Assembly: GCA_020137815.1 (NCBI GenBank)
Contig: CM035350.1
Coordinates: forward strand, 3,162,001 to 3,226,000
Direction of reading: 5' to 3'
Length of the DNA stretch: 64,000 bases
Source: Hormiphora californensis
Lineage: Eukaryota > Animalia > Ctenophora
The notes below the pieces were generated by a model, which was not told the origin of the DNA, did not search any database, and worked only from the letters and a program-made list of their open reading frames with translations. The position numbers and the translations under genes were made by a program. Of this stretch, positions 1 to 30,694 are shown piece after piece (positions within the stretch are counted from its first letter, which is position 1; every line of letters begins with the position of its first letter).

Positions 1-142
1 TTCCAACGAGTTCAAGATGATGAGAATTGGTCAGGAATGGTGGAGATATGGCCAAATACGTCCAAAGTATGTACTGAGTATGTGACTTTACTGTATTTAA
101 AACGTGCATCAACTACGTAGTTGATGCACGTAAAGTCGCACA

Positions 143-464
143 CTTTTTAGCACCAAATTTAGACGTTTTTGGTCATAACTCAGCCATTTCTTGGTCAAAT
201 CATTTCATCTTGAGCTCGTTGGAAAAAGGGCATTAAGCTTTTTCCACACAGCTCAATTAAATGAAAATCGGTGTAAAAAATGGCGGATTTATGGTGCAAA
301 ATGCTCGTTTTGCGCCATAGCTCCGCCATTTCTTCACCAATTTGCTAAAACTTGAGCTGTATCGAAAGAGCTTGATGCCTTCTTTACAACGAGCCAAAGA
401 CCAAACGATTTAACCAAGAAATGGTTGAGTTATGACCAAAAACAACTAGATTTGGTGCTAAAAA
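143..464. mobile_element. MITE/foldback remnant with inverted arms
   Basis: ~143-206 is the imperfect reverse complement of ~402-464; TGTGACTTTACTGT occurs at ~81 and ~468. Confidence 0.55.
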
Positions 465-1560
465 GAGTGTGACTTTACTGTGGCATCAAAGGATCATGTG
501 CGCGCGTTATTTATTTGCGCGTTTTAAAAGCGCGGCTCATAAATTAATTTTTTAGGCAATTCCAAAAGCTTAAAATTTGCCTTTTGACTTGCGAAAAATT
601 CGAAAAGAGCTGCCCTTTGCCTTGAAAAGTGCGGCCTTATCCCGCGCTCAGCAGCCAGTAGGGTCAACAACGTTTGCCAAACCTTTGCCATTTCATTGAG
701 CATCATCGGACATGTTCAGTTAGCGCACATTCAGGTCACGCCCACCCAATCGCAGCTCAGAAAGGGCGGATCACAAGAGCTGCTCTGTGCTGCTCTGTGT
801 GATTGGTCAAAACAGGTCACGCGGTGCGCTACCTGAACATTTCCAATGATGCTCATGGGGTCTGTAAAAACTATAAGTATATGCCAAGCAGAAAATGAGC
901 ATCATCGCTATTCGCTCCTTGAAAATGTGTAGGACGCACACAGCGTGATCTATTTAGACTGATCACAATATAGAACAGTTCCAGAGCCCACTCGTGACCC
1001 GCACGTTAAAGGAGCTGCTCAGCTGCGATCGGTCAAAACTGATCACGCTGTGCGTGACCTGAAATTTTCCGTCGTTGTCACAGAGCGACACCGTAATACT
1101 CATACTACAGAGTGCCCGGGCTTGCAAGCTCACAAGGGACTATTCACTAGAGCACCCTATTTTTCGAAAATTGGAATACCATAATTATAGTCGCTTTTGT
1201 ATTCTGTGTGTTTGGTAGCTTACCGAATCTGCACAAGCACACTCTGCAGATCACAGTGTCTTTACTTTGGAAAGTGCCCCATACCAGGACACAGCGTGGA
1301 CGCAATGGAGTAATTGTAACAGAATAGTTTTTGCTAAACATCAAAGTAATGTATCTCAAACCTGGGATCCCAGTATGTTTTAAAATGGTTGCTCGCTAAG
1401 AGGGTTTCTGGATATTGCTGAATCTTGCTCTCCCAAAGTTCGTAGAAAGTTCCAGACACATTTATACGGAGCTGAAAACACAGGGTTCACATGATGTGGT
1501 GGGGTGACAGATATGGGAACGATGATGTGATAAAAACACGAATTTAACATTGTTAATTAG

Positions 1561-1776
1561 GGTAGCGACTGGCTATTTGAAAATGGCGGCTAATTTGAAA
1601 CACCTCCTCTACAGGACAGCAGGTGCACCAGATTTGGATATTTAGACATTATATTAGTGGGCTTGGCATGAGTTCTGACTAGCCGACTGATGTCTAAAAT
1701 CCAAATCTGGTGCACCTGCTGGCCTGTAGAGGGGGTGTTTCAAACTAGCCGCCATTTCAAATAGCCAGTCGCTACC
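1561..1776. mobile_element. Palindromic MITE (~215 bp)
   Basis: GGTAGCGACTGGCTATTTGAAAATGGCGGCTA... / ...TAGCCGCCATTTCAAATAGCCAGTCGCTACC; arms pair over ~90 bp. Confidence 0.8.
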
Positions 1777-3222
1777 TACTCACCCGTTTATCTCCGGGCA
1801 GTCTGGGTCCAGATAAACTTTTTTTGAACCGAGGCTTTGCCTCATGCTTTATGGAACTGGATTTAGGATGGGATAACTTGATAGAGCTCTTTGAGGGATT
1901 GCTCTGAAACGAATGAATCCTTGGATTATTTCTCTTTCTCTTTCTCTCTCCTGTTCTTACTACATGATCTTCAATAGAATCGCAGTTAGTGACAAATCAG
2001 GGCGCCCTAATTGCTTTAGCCTGCTACGGTTATTTCTAATAGCCTAGTGTGAATCTTCACATCTCTCTCTCTCCAACTACAATTGATTCAAAGCACACCG
2101 TGAATAAGCGGCCGTTTTCTCTGTCCTCAGACCGGGGACTGTCCGCTAGGTAAGGAGATGTCATAGAGGTAGCAAAGCAAATGTTAATGACAACAAGATA
2201 TTAAGTCGGCAAAGAGAGAGATCAGGGAGGGATAGGGGAACAGAGATAGAGAGGGAAAGATAGATAGTAATACAGTTCAGAGGGTACATACAAGAGGGGT
2301 CCCTCTAAATCAGTGATTAATGAGAGCCATCTATCTGTCAACATTGACGTACCAGTACGGGTTAGTAGCGGAGGATCTATGCAAGGATTTAGAAGAATTT
2401 ACAAGGCTATATATACGTATGTATTTGTTTTGTAATACGGAAACGTTGAGTCGCCTAACACAGTGTTCGCGATACGCATAATATAAAGTATTAGACAATT
2501 TTGACCGGTGATCTAAGTTTTCACAGTGCACCGTTTCCGGTGGTCTAACCACTTAGACCACCGGTTACAGTGCACTGTGAAAACTTAGACCACTGCAAAA
2601 CACTAGTAATTATAAAGTAAAATACCGTTGCAGTGGTATGTGAAAAATTAGACACTTTCTAGTCACACACACAGTATAAAAGTTACGTCACTACTGCACA
2701 CGCCCTAATCCTTATCTTTTCTTCCCCTCTGCAACTATAGGTCACGTGATCGTCACGTGATGGCACCACCCCAATGAGCGTCCTGCATCTGCTTTCCCTC
2801 TCTGCCTTCGATTCTCTCTTTCCATATCTCTGGTTTGGTTTGGTTTGGTAGGATTACGGTATGGCCACTAAGCAGCACGCTACTGACGGCACCGTGTTAT
2901 TATAATATTTATATGAAAGACCCGAAGGAGACGCAGGTGCTCAGTACCACCATATTGTCAACACTTCAGATATAAAGGGATTTTGAAAAGTGTAAGATTT
3001 CAGTTTGAGATCGGGAAGAGGGGCAGAACTATGGAAGGGATTTGGGCTGGTTCTAGATCCCTGCATCCTGGGGAGTAGGACGGGATGCCGACCAGTGATC
3101 ACGATCACATCAGACAGACAGTCTGAGTTGACCGACACGGATACGTGTGTAGGAAGCACGTGAAGCCGAAAAAAGTATAAAGCTAGCGTGACTCTGTCCT
3201 TCGCACAGTGTCAAGATTCCAT

Positions 3223-3371
<149 letters not shown>

Positions 3372-3797
3372 AATCTTTATCTCGTTCACTCAGTTTGTTT
3401 CCAAAATGACTGCTTTTACATGCTCTATTACACAACAATAATGTTAAAGATTCTTTCACTTTTAGACCTCGCAGGCTCGGCCCAAAAGTACAACTACAGA
3501 GCTCGCAGGCTCGCTCAGTAGTTACACTTAGCGTGCCTCGCAGGCTCGGCAGCTAAGTAAAAGGATCTACCTCGACCTATCGGTCTCGGTTCATTATTGT
3601 TGTATTTAGAACACTCGGCCTTCGGCCTCGTGCACTAAATAGTAATAGACCATTTTAACCGGTCATCTAATCATATATGAACGATTCAACAGAAACGAAA
3701 GAACTGCCCATCCATACAAAACCTCTATTTGAAAAACTCTCTGCCCTCCCTATTTTAGTAGCAACATATACTCTGATTAATTGATTGCTATACCTAC

Positions 3798-4705
3798 CGT
3801 CAAGCTGACCATGCGAGCCCCGACCTGATCGTGATCAGTGGTAGAGGAGCAGGGAGAACCAGGATCATCAGAATTCCCAAGATGCGGGTTCTGCACCATA
3901 TCCTGGAGGAGCCTCTTCAACCTGTGTCAGATCAAACCACATTATCAAATATTGACGATTATTTAGAGATTCAACATGATATATTGGTATCCAATTTTCT
4001 TGTACAGATTCAATAGATTGGTATCCAATAGTCGAAGTCGTGTACAGATATTGAAATCCATCAGTCTGGTATTCTACAGATTCAATACATGCCAGTGTGA
4101 TGTTCTACCTGGGTTCATCTGTTGTAACTGAGGCGAGTTCCTGCTCCTCAGCCCTATTCGCCTCCTCCAGTATTATCTGTGCTACTGCATGCATATTACA
4201 AACAAGACCAGCAATAAGAACAGCACAAATGGGAGGGAATTGTTAGGGAGACTGGGCTGCTAGTGACAGGTTAGCTCCCATTAGTAGATATATAGTGAGA
4301 CCAATAATAACCGGGTGATGTTGTTGTTTATATCGAACACTGTCTGTCACTCAATAATCACTACTTATGTAAAATTGGGGGATTAGATTGGCTAAATTTG
4401 TGTTTTAATGAACATAAAAGCACATAATGATATTTTACGAAAATACTTTAACAGGGGTTTGGTTTTAAAACCAATATGACGTCATTATGACGTAACAATT
4501 AGTACACACACACAAACACACACACACACATACTAGAGTGTTGATATATAGGTCTACACCTCTCTTCCTTGTCACTATGTGTTCAAACTTTTGCCGACCA
4601 TTTCGTGTCCTTGTCTTAGATCTCGTCTTATTTTCTGATTTCTCACGCCCTAGTTTGACACATAATTTCTCAAAGAAATTCAGGCGGCAAAAAGTACCGC
4701 TACAC
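3798..4705 (-). CDS. Candidate orphan multi-exon gene (partial), no recognisable domain
   Basis: Minus-strand exons ~4705-4560, 4184-4109 and 3921-3798 have GT/AG ends and compatible phases (1, 2). Joined: ...CSGTFCRLNFFEKLCVKLGREKSENKTRSKTRTRNGRQKFEHIVTRKR-VAQIILEEANRAEEQELASVTTDEPR-LKRLLQDMVQNPHLGNSDDPGSPCSSTTDHDQVGARMVSLT. Start and last exon unresolved. Confidence 0.4.
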
Positions 4706-5369
4706 CTCTCTCAATTCTCATCTCTCTGAGTGTGTGTCTCGTAGTGTTCGAGTGTTGCACAGCAGCAGGGGGCGTTTGTAACTCAATATGCTGGACTACC
4801 CACCCCCCTTCTTTCTTGGATTGAGTTAACACGATCCATGATGTCCAACGGTCTCCATTGTTACAGAGCTCCTTCACACTGGGTGCTTCTACAGCATTCC
4901 ATTAGTGTGCAGCACTCTGTTGTTATTGTCCCCCTGTGGGGGGGGGGGGGTGTTATTGTCCCCCGTGTTATACCTGACTGCACTCACTGTGTAATAAGCT
5001 GCTGGGGCTCTGTTACAGTGGGTATTATAATTGGTGGGGGGATAAACAACAGCTGGGGGGTTTAGGGGGATACTGGATCACATGGAACACTCTTGTATTT
5101 GTACTCTCGTATTGGCTCAGGGAGAGGTCGCAGAGAGATATTAACATGTTAATTTCCCCCCAAATAAATCTGAAGAGGTCCTACTACTAGGTTACTCCTT
5201 CTCTCTCTCTACGTATTGAATTAGAACACTTCTCACACTGCAGCGGCCAGTGCTGGGTGAAACCCAGAACAGTTCTTAGTGTATACGGATGTGAATCACG
5301 CTGCCACTTGGTGTACACCTAGCCTCTCTCCCTTCGTCTAGTGCATTCCTCTCTCTGTCGCTATAATAT

Positions 5370-5372
<3 letters not shown>

Positions 5373-5425
<53 letters not shown>

Positions 5426-5439
5426 TCTCTCTCTCTATA

Positions 5440-5497
<58 letters not shown>

Positions 5498-5507
5498 TCT
5501 CTCTCCC
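5373..5507. repeat. (CT)n microsatellite
   Basis: Dinucleotide run. Confidence 0.95.
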
Positions 5508-5967
5508 TGATTATCACAACAAATGCTTCCCACTTTCCCATGTACACTGATCTATGTGTGTGTGTGGGAGGGGATATATTGTGTTTTGTTACCCATTTTA
5601 CAGGATCTTTGTAGTTCTCTGAGGGTCCATTGTTGTTTGCGTGACAGCTTTTACGATCTTGCTTTGAGCCACTAGTGTTTTGATATTGTCCTTGCTAGCT
5701 CCATGTCTTCTGTAGTTTCTCTAACCTTATACATTCCCTGAAAACTTTGTGTGGCTTTGTGGGTTCGGTAAATCAATAAAAACTTTGTACCTAACCGCAC
5801 GAAGTAATCTGAATAATGATAAATTTGTGTAGCTCATACCGAATTTTCTTGGTGTTTTGGCAGTCTAGGCGCACAATGATAACTAGCTCCAACTAATATC
5901 CATCTCTACTGTTAGGGGATATAACTATGATGATGTTAGAGGGAGAAGGTTCTCACAACTGCAGAGG

Positions 5968-23646
<17,679 letters not shown>

Positions 23647-24336
23647 GACAACATAAATACAAGTTGTTGGTTACAAGTGTGTGTGTGTTCCGGTGTTTTC
23701 AAGGAAATTATGGCACTATTTTGTGATGGGGTCGATTGTTGACGACGTTTTTCTAAGACACTCTTTTATCTACTGTTGCCACCAGTAGTTGGGATGAATT
23801 CAGCGGAAGGCTGAGAGAGACAATTTTGACTGGTTTTTCTCTCCTCTATTTTTTATTTTACTTGAGAAGTTTTACAAAGAGTTATATTAAGGAAAATCAC
23901 AAACAGTTTGTGTGGGATACACGAGAAAATTAATAAGTGATAATAAATTGTGCTATCCCTGTGTAGAATTTAAAATATGTATAGAGACTTGCATGTATCA
24001 TCATGGTTTATTACTTTGTTTGAGAGTTTACATTTCTACAAATTGGAGTTTTGAGGAATTTACAATTAAATACCAAACGACAGGTCCGTAAAATCGGAAT
24101 CTTGTTGTATTGCTATGGCGTTTCCATGTGGACTCTGGCCTGGCTGTATGTAATGGCTCTCGTTCAGGTTAATGTACGAAAAACCAGGAAAATTGTCTTT
24201 ACATTCTGTTACGCGCAAATTTTAGACGTTTGATTCGCGCTGTGCGGCGCGCCTCAACGAAGTTCGCGACGCGCATTACATTGCACTGTTTTTTTAAACT
24301 TTTTTCTTCTTTTTTTGACAACCCGCAACGGGCGCG

Positions 24337-26080
24337 ATAAGGAACCATAATAAAGTTCAAGAGCGCACCCCATCCAAGAGCGCACCACCTCCAAATAGGC
24401 CAGTCATATGACGTTGTGAAATGGAACTAATTGATCTAAAAGCGATTCCACTTCCAGGGCCCTCCAATGGGTCTCTACAACCACCAAAAAAATTTACCGC
24501 GGGTACCGCGATGGAGAAATCGGTCATTTCCGGGTTTATTTTGCACCTGCATAAATATAGGCTAGGACGAATGCGATATACGGTAAAAACCGTCTTTGGA
24601 AACAAGTAGAAAAGAAATCAAGGGCACTAAAGTGTGTAGCGTCCTCGCATTAGTGGGGGTAGGTGCTGGAATTAAGTCTCTATCTTATCAGGTTAATTAG
24701 ATAATTGGATAATTAGATGCGCACATAGCCGTTTTATGGTTATACGGTAAAAACCATCTTTGGAATGGAGTAGAGAAAAAACCGAGGGTACTAGAGTGAT
24801 CAGCGTCCTCGAATTAGTGGGGGTAGGTACCAAAATTAAGTTCCTATCTCATCGCGTTAATTAGATAATTGGATAATTAGGTATGCGCATAACCGTTTTT
24901 AGGTTACATGGCTATAGCCACTTAGGAATGGTTTAGAGACTTTTCATTGGTGCCATTTTGTAGGCAATAGCCAAGTTATGGGGGGTCGACGTCGGACTTT
25001 TAAGCTCTATATTCAACCATTTAGCCGTTATATGGCTTTAAAAGTGCTCAAAATCGGTCTTTTTACCGCATTTTTGCTCACTTTGAGCACCTTTAAAGCC
25101 AAATGACGGCTAAACGGTTGAATATAGAGCTTAAAAGTCCGACGTCGACCCCCAATAACTTGGCTATTGCCTACAAAATGGCACCAATGAAAAGTCTCTA
25201 AACCATTCCTAAGTGGCTATAGCCATGTAACCTAAAAACGGTTATGCGCATACCTAATTATCCAATTATCTAATTAACGCGATGAGATAGGAACTTAATT
25301 TTGGTACCTACCCCCACTAATTCGAGGACGCTGATCACTCTAGTACCCTCGGTTTTTTCTCTACTCCATTCCAAAGATGGTTTTTACCGTATAACCATAA
25401 AACGGCTATGTGCACATCTAATTATCCAATTATCTAATTAACCTGATAAGATAGAGACTTAATTCCAGCACCTACCCCTACTAATGCGAGGACACTACAC
25501 ACTTTAGTGCCCTTGATTTCTTTTCTACTAGTTTCCAAAGACGGTTTTTACCGTATATCGCATTCGTCCTAGCCTATATTTATGTAGGTGCAAAATAAAC
25601 CCGGAAATGACCGATTTCTCCATCGCGGTACCCGCGGTAAATTTTTTTGGTGGTTGTAGAGACCCATTGGAGGGCCCTGGAAGTGGAATCGCTTTTAGAT
25701 CAATTACTTCCTTTTTCAGCGATAAATCGACGTCATATGACTGGCCTAAAAAGACACCACTTCAAGAGCGCACCACATCAAAGAGAGCTCCCCATCCAGA
25801 AGATACCGCGCGCAGGGGACACCACGCGCAGAAGAGACCGCACGCGCAAATACAACGCCGCGCTGGTCTCTTCTGCGTGTGGTGTCCCCTGCGCGTGGTA
25901 TCTTCTGGATGGGGAGCTCTCTTTGATGTGGTGCGCTCTTGAAGTGGTGTCTTCTGGAGGTGGTGCGCTCTTGGATGTGGTCTCTTTTGGGTGTGGTACG
26001 CTCTCAGGTGTGGTCTCTCTTCGATCGGGTGTGCTCTTGGGTGCTCTTGGAGGCTCTTGAACTTTATTATGGTTCCTTAT
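24337..26080. mobile_element. Foldback-type element with a ~625-bp-arm near-perfect internal palindrome
   Basis: Outer TIR ATAAGGAACCATAATAAAGTTCAAGAGC; 24428-25052 is the reverse complement of 25082-25706 with a ~30-bp loop. Confidence 0.9.
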
Positions 26081-26306
26081 TAAAGTCGGATTTTTTGAAA
26101 CTGTCACCCCCCTGGGTATTTTCAAATTTCGTAAATGACCATAAATCCGGTTCCTGACGAGATAGAGACTTGAAATTTGGAGGTTACGAAGATCTTTCTA
26201 AGTTCTTCCGAACCTCCAAATTTCAAGACTCTATCTTATCAGGAACCGGAGATATGGCAAATTTTGTTATTTCAGGGGGGTGACAGTTTCAAAAAATCCG
26301 ACTTTA
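26081..26306. mobile_element. MITE, TIR TAAAGTCGGATTTTTTGAAACTGTCACCCCCC
   Basis: Terminal inverted repeats plus an internal palindrome; related copy at 28167-28386. Confidence 0.85.
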
Positions 26307-26407
26307 TAATCTGGGTGCCTTGCAGGCTTGAAAAGCGCTGCCTTATCCCGCGCTGCGCGTGGCGCAGAACATCGGGGGCCAGCAACGTTTGCCAACTTGC
26401 AGGCCAG

Positions 26408-26897
26408 CGTTAAAATCTGGGTGTTTTGGGAGTGCTGACAATCGGTTTTTTAGGGTTAGGGCTAAAGTGGGGTTAGGGTTAGGGCTGGGGTTTGGGTTGG
26501 GGTTAGGCCTTGACATTCCCTACCAGATAAACTTTGAATCAGCCAAAACGGTTGAGTGGTTTGGCGGTTAGAGCCATTTTAGTGAATCAACTTTTTTGGC
26601 ATCGCGCACCTGTAAACAGGCCTCCAAACACCCAGATCGTAACGGCGCCCTGCCTTGCAGCGTGTTTACAGGTGCACGCTACCAAAAGAGTACACTTAGA
26701 CCGACTTTTTTCAAACGGCTATAGCCACGCAACCACATGGCCAATTTGAATAAACTTAACGGTATCTGTTAGAAAATCGATAGCCCTAACCGATAACCCC
26801 AAACCAAACCCTAACCATACCCTAACGGATAGCCCTAACCCGTCGCGCGCGCCAAAACTACGAATTGTTAGCAATGAAAGGCACCCAGATTTTAACG
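26408..26897. mobile_element. TIR element with subterminal telomere-like TTAGGG/CCCTAA repeats
   Basis: TIR CGTTAAAATCTGGGTG/CACCCAGATTTTAACG; degenerate TTAGGG at ~26450-26507 and CCCTAAC at ~26783-26841. Confidence 0.75.
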
Positions 26898-27079
26898 TTT
26901 TCCACCCGCAACCGAGAAGGTTGAAAAGCGCTGCCTTATCCTGCGTGGCGCAGAACAGGCCAGCGCCCAGCCGCCAGCAGCGTTTGCCAACCGAGAAGGG
27001 GCCCTCATCTTAGCTAACATGTCTTCCCCTCAATTTCACCCTCAATAGACGAGAATCGCACGACGCCATGTCAGCTCGG

Positions 27080-27735
27080 ATTCAGAGAAATTTTCCTCGG
27101 CGTTTCTTTCCCCCGACCTAACACCGGAGGAACAGCGAGAACGGAAAACTCTCGTTGAAACAGTGAAAGGACTGAGGCGAGACAATCGGAATGGACGATA
27201 CTTTTTTGGCGAAAGCCGGGGTACCGGTTCAAATAGAACATGTCAATACAATAATTTATACAGAAAGCATTATTAAAAATAAAATTTACTCTTCTGTCGT
27301 CATAATAAGTTAAATAAATACATATCAAATAAGATGGAAATCGTTTGTTTTACTACAAAAATGTGTCCATTTATTGCCCCTGTACCCCCTGATGGCGATT
27401 AAGATGGTCTTCAACAACGAGAAAGACAGACGAAGCCGAATGTACCGGATGGCATCGTTGTAAGTGTGGCCCGTTTTGTCAGATAGAAGTTTAGCGACCT
27501 TCTTGTAGAACACCTCCGCTTGGGGGCCCATAACTCCAGTTGTTGAAAAGACTAGAGGTGTGAAAGTTGCCTTCTCGACCTAAAGGACTCTGTCGTTGTA
27601 ATTTAGTACCTTAATTTTCCCTCTCGTGTCTCCTGATAGTGTCCTGGAGAGACTTGCCGATGTTGGTTGGTGCAAGACTGTTGAATACGAATGGACGATA
27701 CTGGGTTAGCAGGGGGGTAATTAAATGTGGCTGAT
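27080..27735 (+). mobile_element. CR1/L2-type LINE ORF1 C-terminal remnant, interrupted by a CRE-like insertion
   Basis: Removing the insert and one TSD gives FLSPDLTPEEQRERKTLVETVKGLRRDNRNGRYWVSRGVIKCG*, resembling the ORF1 C-terminal motif of CR1/L2-group LINEs. Confidence 0.55.
27203..27688 (-). mobile_element. 5'-truncated CRE-like non-LTR retrotransposon (REL endonuclease C-terminus) with 14-bp TSD
   Basis: VFNSLAPTN...KYNDRVL*VEKATFTPLVFSTTGVMGPQAEVFYKKVAKLLSDK...IRLRLSFSLLKTILIAIRGYRG; TSD GAATGGACGATACT at 27189-27202 and 27689-27702; short A-tail on the minus strand. Confidence 0.85.
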
Positions 27736-27959
27736 TTCTAATCAGTGACATGTGCACTGAAGAGACTTCTAATGGGACTTAATAATGGCTATCCGTTTCG
27801 CCCCCACAAAGGGGCAGTATATGTAATGTATACATTTTAGAGTTAATAATAATAATAATAATAATAATCGGTACAACCTACCTCTCGAGAGAGCTCTCGT
27901 CGGACAGGCCTTACCTCAGAAGTGTGCATGTGGGGAAGAAAGCACTATCGATCACCCCA

Positions 27960-28165
27960 TATCCTAGGCGACTTGATGGAATGCAGAATCTCGACTACTG
28001 GGAACGATTAAAAGTCTCTTCAGCGTAGAAGACAACGTTACATGTTGATAAATAGTGATTAAACTTAAACTTAAACTTAAACTCATACACGTTTGGAAGA
28101 CGATCCATGGGTTCATTCCGAATTCCGCAAACCTTGTGTTTCAACACAGAGCTAGGCTGGGAATG
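27960..28165 (+). mobile_element. CR1-group LINE ORF2 C-terminal remnant
   Basis: Frameshifted RLDGMQNLDYWERLK..SLQRRRQRYMLI..IHVWKTIHGFIPN, matching the post-RT motif LDYWERL...SLQRRR. Confidence 0.65.
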
Positions 28166-28166
28166 A

Positions 28167-28386
28167 TAAAGTCGGATTTTTTGAAGTTGTCACCCCCCTG
28201 GGTGGCTCTCACGCCTTTGTTTCTCGACCAATTTCGTCAAACAAAACTTTTACGGACTCAAAAAATTATGCTCTTTCCGGTGATATGCGGCTTTTTGCCG
28301 AAAAGTGAGAGCAAGTGGGGGCTGTCACGCGCAAATACAACGCCGCGCGTGAAAAGGGGGGTGACAGTTTCAAAAAATCCGACTTT
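28167..28386. mobile_element. MITE, same TIR family as 26081-26306
   Basis: TAAAGTCGGATTTTTTGAAGTTGTCACCCCCC...GGGGGGTGACAGTTTCAAAAAATCCGACTTTA. Confidence 0.85.
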
Positions 28387-28958
28387 ATTAGTGTTTCCCC
28401 TATTCGGCTGAGGCCTGGAGAGCGAATCAGTACCATTCTTCCTTCGGACCGAGAGCTGCTCACCTAGGTTGCCAGCGGCCATTAACTCTTTTTTCCACTA
28501 TTTTACACTATTAAGTGGTATATATAAATGATTTGTACTACATTTGTGTAATTTTAATCTTTTGGCGAAAATTAATCAGACGGATTTGGTTGCTGTTGTA
28601 CCGCCATCGTCTGACAGTTGGTATGCAAGGGTAACCCGTAACAACATTGTATGGTAATTGGTAATGTGAAGGACTTTATTCTGTTCAGAATAAAGTCCTT
28701 CACACAAGTAGCTAATTAGATACTTAGATGGGGACTTCGTAACGTCACATTTGTCAAATAACTTTGATATGAGATCACATGTAATGTCCCTCTTTTGACA
28801 ACATTCCCGTCTCCGAAAAGTTTCATATATCAGTTCATATATCAGTAAAACGACCACATATAGTATAGCACCTTGTAATATATAAGCAATCTAGATCCCC
28901 TATTCAATATTACCGTTCCAATTTGTTTTGAACCCTCTGTTTACAACTCCAGTCCAGA

Positions 28959-30395
28959 ATGAGCAGCACCACTCCTGGAAACTCCCCTTCAACAACACAA
29001 CAACGACGTACATCGGACACTGATGATATGCTGGGTGATGACGAGATGGGACTGTACCAATACAACAAGCCATCTTCTCTCGGGAGTTTTGAGACAACTG
29101 CAGGACCAGGAATCTAACAAGCAAGCCAATCCAAAGCCAGTCCTGAAACTCAAGAACGGCGTCAAGAAGGGTATTTCCATCAGCACCACCATGTCGAACA
29201 CGATCAACATCTCGAAGAAGAAATGCCGCAGTAAGAATTGGGATGAAAGTGAGATAGACGTCATTATCATTGAAACCAAGAAGAACTTCAAGAAACTCTT
29301 TGGACGACTGTCAAATAAGGATAAGCAAAAACTGTGGAAAGCTATTGCAGTGAAAGTAACCAAGGTTGACGGGAACACGAGGACATGGGAGCAAGCGAGG
29401 AAGAAATACACTGAGCTCCAATCATCGGCTCGGACGAAGCTACGGTTGCAGAACAAAGGTCAAGGTACCACTGGACCTAAAAAGAAGACGGATCTAACTG
29501 CTGCGGAACTGAAAGTATCTCAACTGTGTGCTGTTGCTGTGTATGGCATACCTGGTGGGATGGATAGCAACAATCACGTTCCTACCCCAGCATTCCCTAA
29601 ACCCAATCCTGCTTCTGCTGACGGTAACGAAACCGATGGCAGTATCAGTACACATTGTGTATCTAAAGCGATCAATGCTGAGATGCCACTCACCAAGGAT
29701 CGCTGGAGATATCCGAGACTGGCACAATGTGAAAACAGTGCTGGTGCGGTCCTTTTCATGGGACCTGTCAAGGCAGTTATGGGAGACGATTCCACCCTTA
29801 TCTCCAAAACCATGGACACAAGACGGAGGAAGAAAACTCTCCCGGGGGAAAGAGGAAACTCTGGAACCTGAGCTCCGTCCTTCTCGGGCGTGAGGAACTG
29901 GCTGCCGGACGGGATAAAATCACAAGTAGAGGATTGGAAGCGGAGGCACATACAACAACAACAAGTACACATTGTCCATCTCCGATCATCAGTATCTCTC
30001 CAAGGCACTCGCCAACACCCCATTCTCAAACAAGTACAACGACTTCTCGACCTCCTAGCCCACCCACCACCTCCGCACAACAGCCATTTCCTGCTTTGCC
30101 TTTTCCTACTCCTTCCAGTAACAGTGCAATTTGTCGGACCCCAGCTACAGTATCTGGTAGTGGTAATACAATTGCCGTTACCCCAGCCACCGCACCTCCT
30201 TCTATTCGGAGCGACCGTACTGTCACAAAGGACATCCGAGATAGGGAGTGGAGGGAGTTGATTAGACTTCATAACGAAGGACACGATTATTCAGAGAGAA
30301 TTGCTCGAGCAACTGAGAGAAATGCGATAGCCAGTGAGAAACTTGTAGAGCTCAAGATTATGAAGTACAAAGCTAAGGGATACATTGTTTATTAA
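28959..30395 (+). pseudogene. Myb/SANT-like (trihelix) protein of the PIF/Harbinger ORF1 / MSANTD type, split by frameshifts or introns
   Basis: KNWDESEIDVII...KKLFG...KQKLWKAIAVKV...RTWEQARKKYTELQ, then an S/T/P-rich linker and a C-terminal coiled-coil-like ERIARATERNAIASEKLVELK; three frames are needed; AATAAA at ~30396. Confidence 0.7.
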
Positions 30396-30694
30396 ATAAA
30401 ATTATACTTTATGCAATAATATCATTTTATTACCAGTTTATATAATGTGTTTTATGATTTATGGAGGCAATGCAACATATACTGTCATGACAGCACTCAC
30501 TCTCTTACTCACTATTGGCTGGTGAACCCTACACGTGACCAAATTGACGCCCGTGTAAACCCATGTAATGGAAATCCTATCACGTTTCCAGTTTTGATCC
30601 CCTGATTGGTTGTCTACACCCATACACGAGGGGCGATCCGGGGCTTCACGTGGTATACACGTGGTTCACACCACAGACCTGAACACGGTGTCCC

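Noticed and set aside
24357-26125. ORFs within the large palindrome
   Set aside because: Mirror-image ORFs in a non-coding foldback element with no transposase motifs
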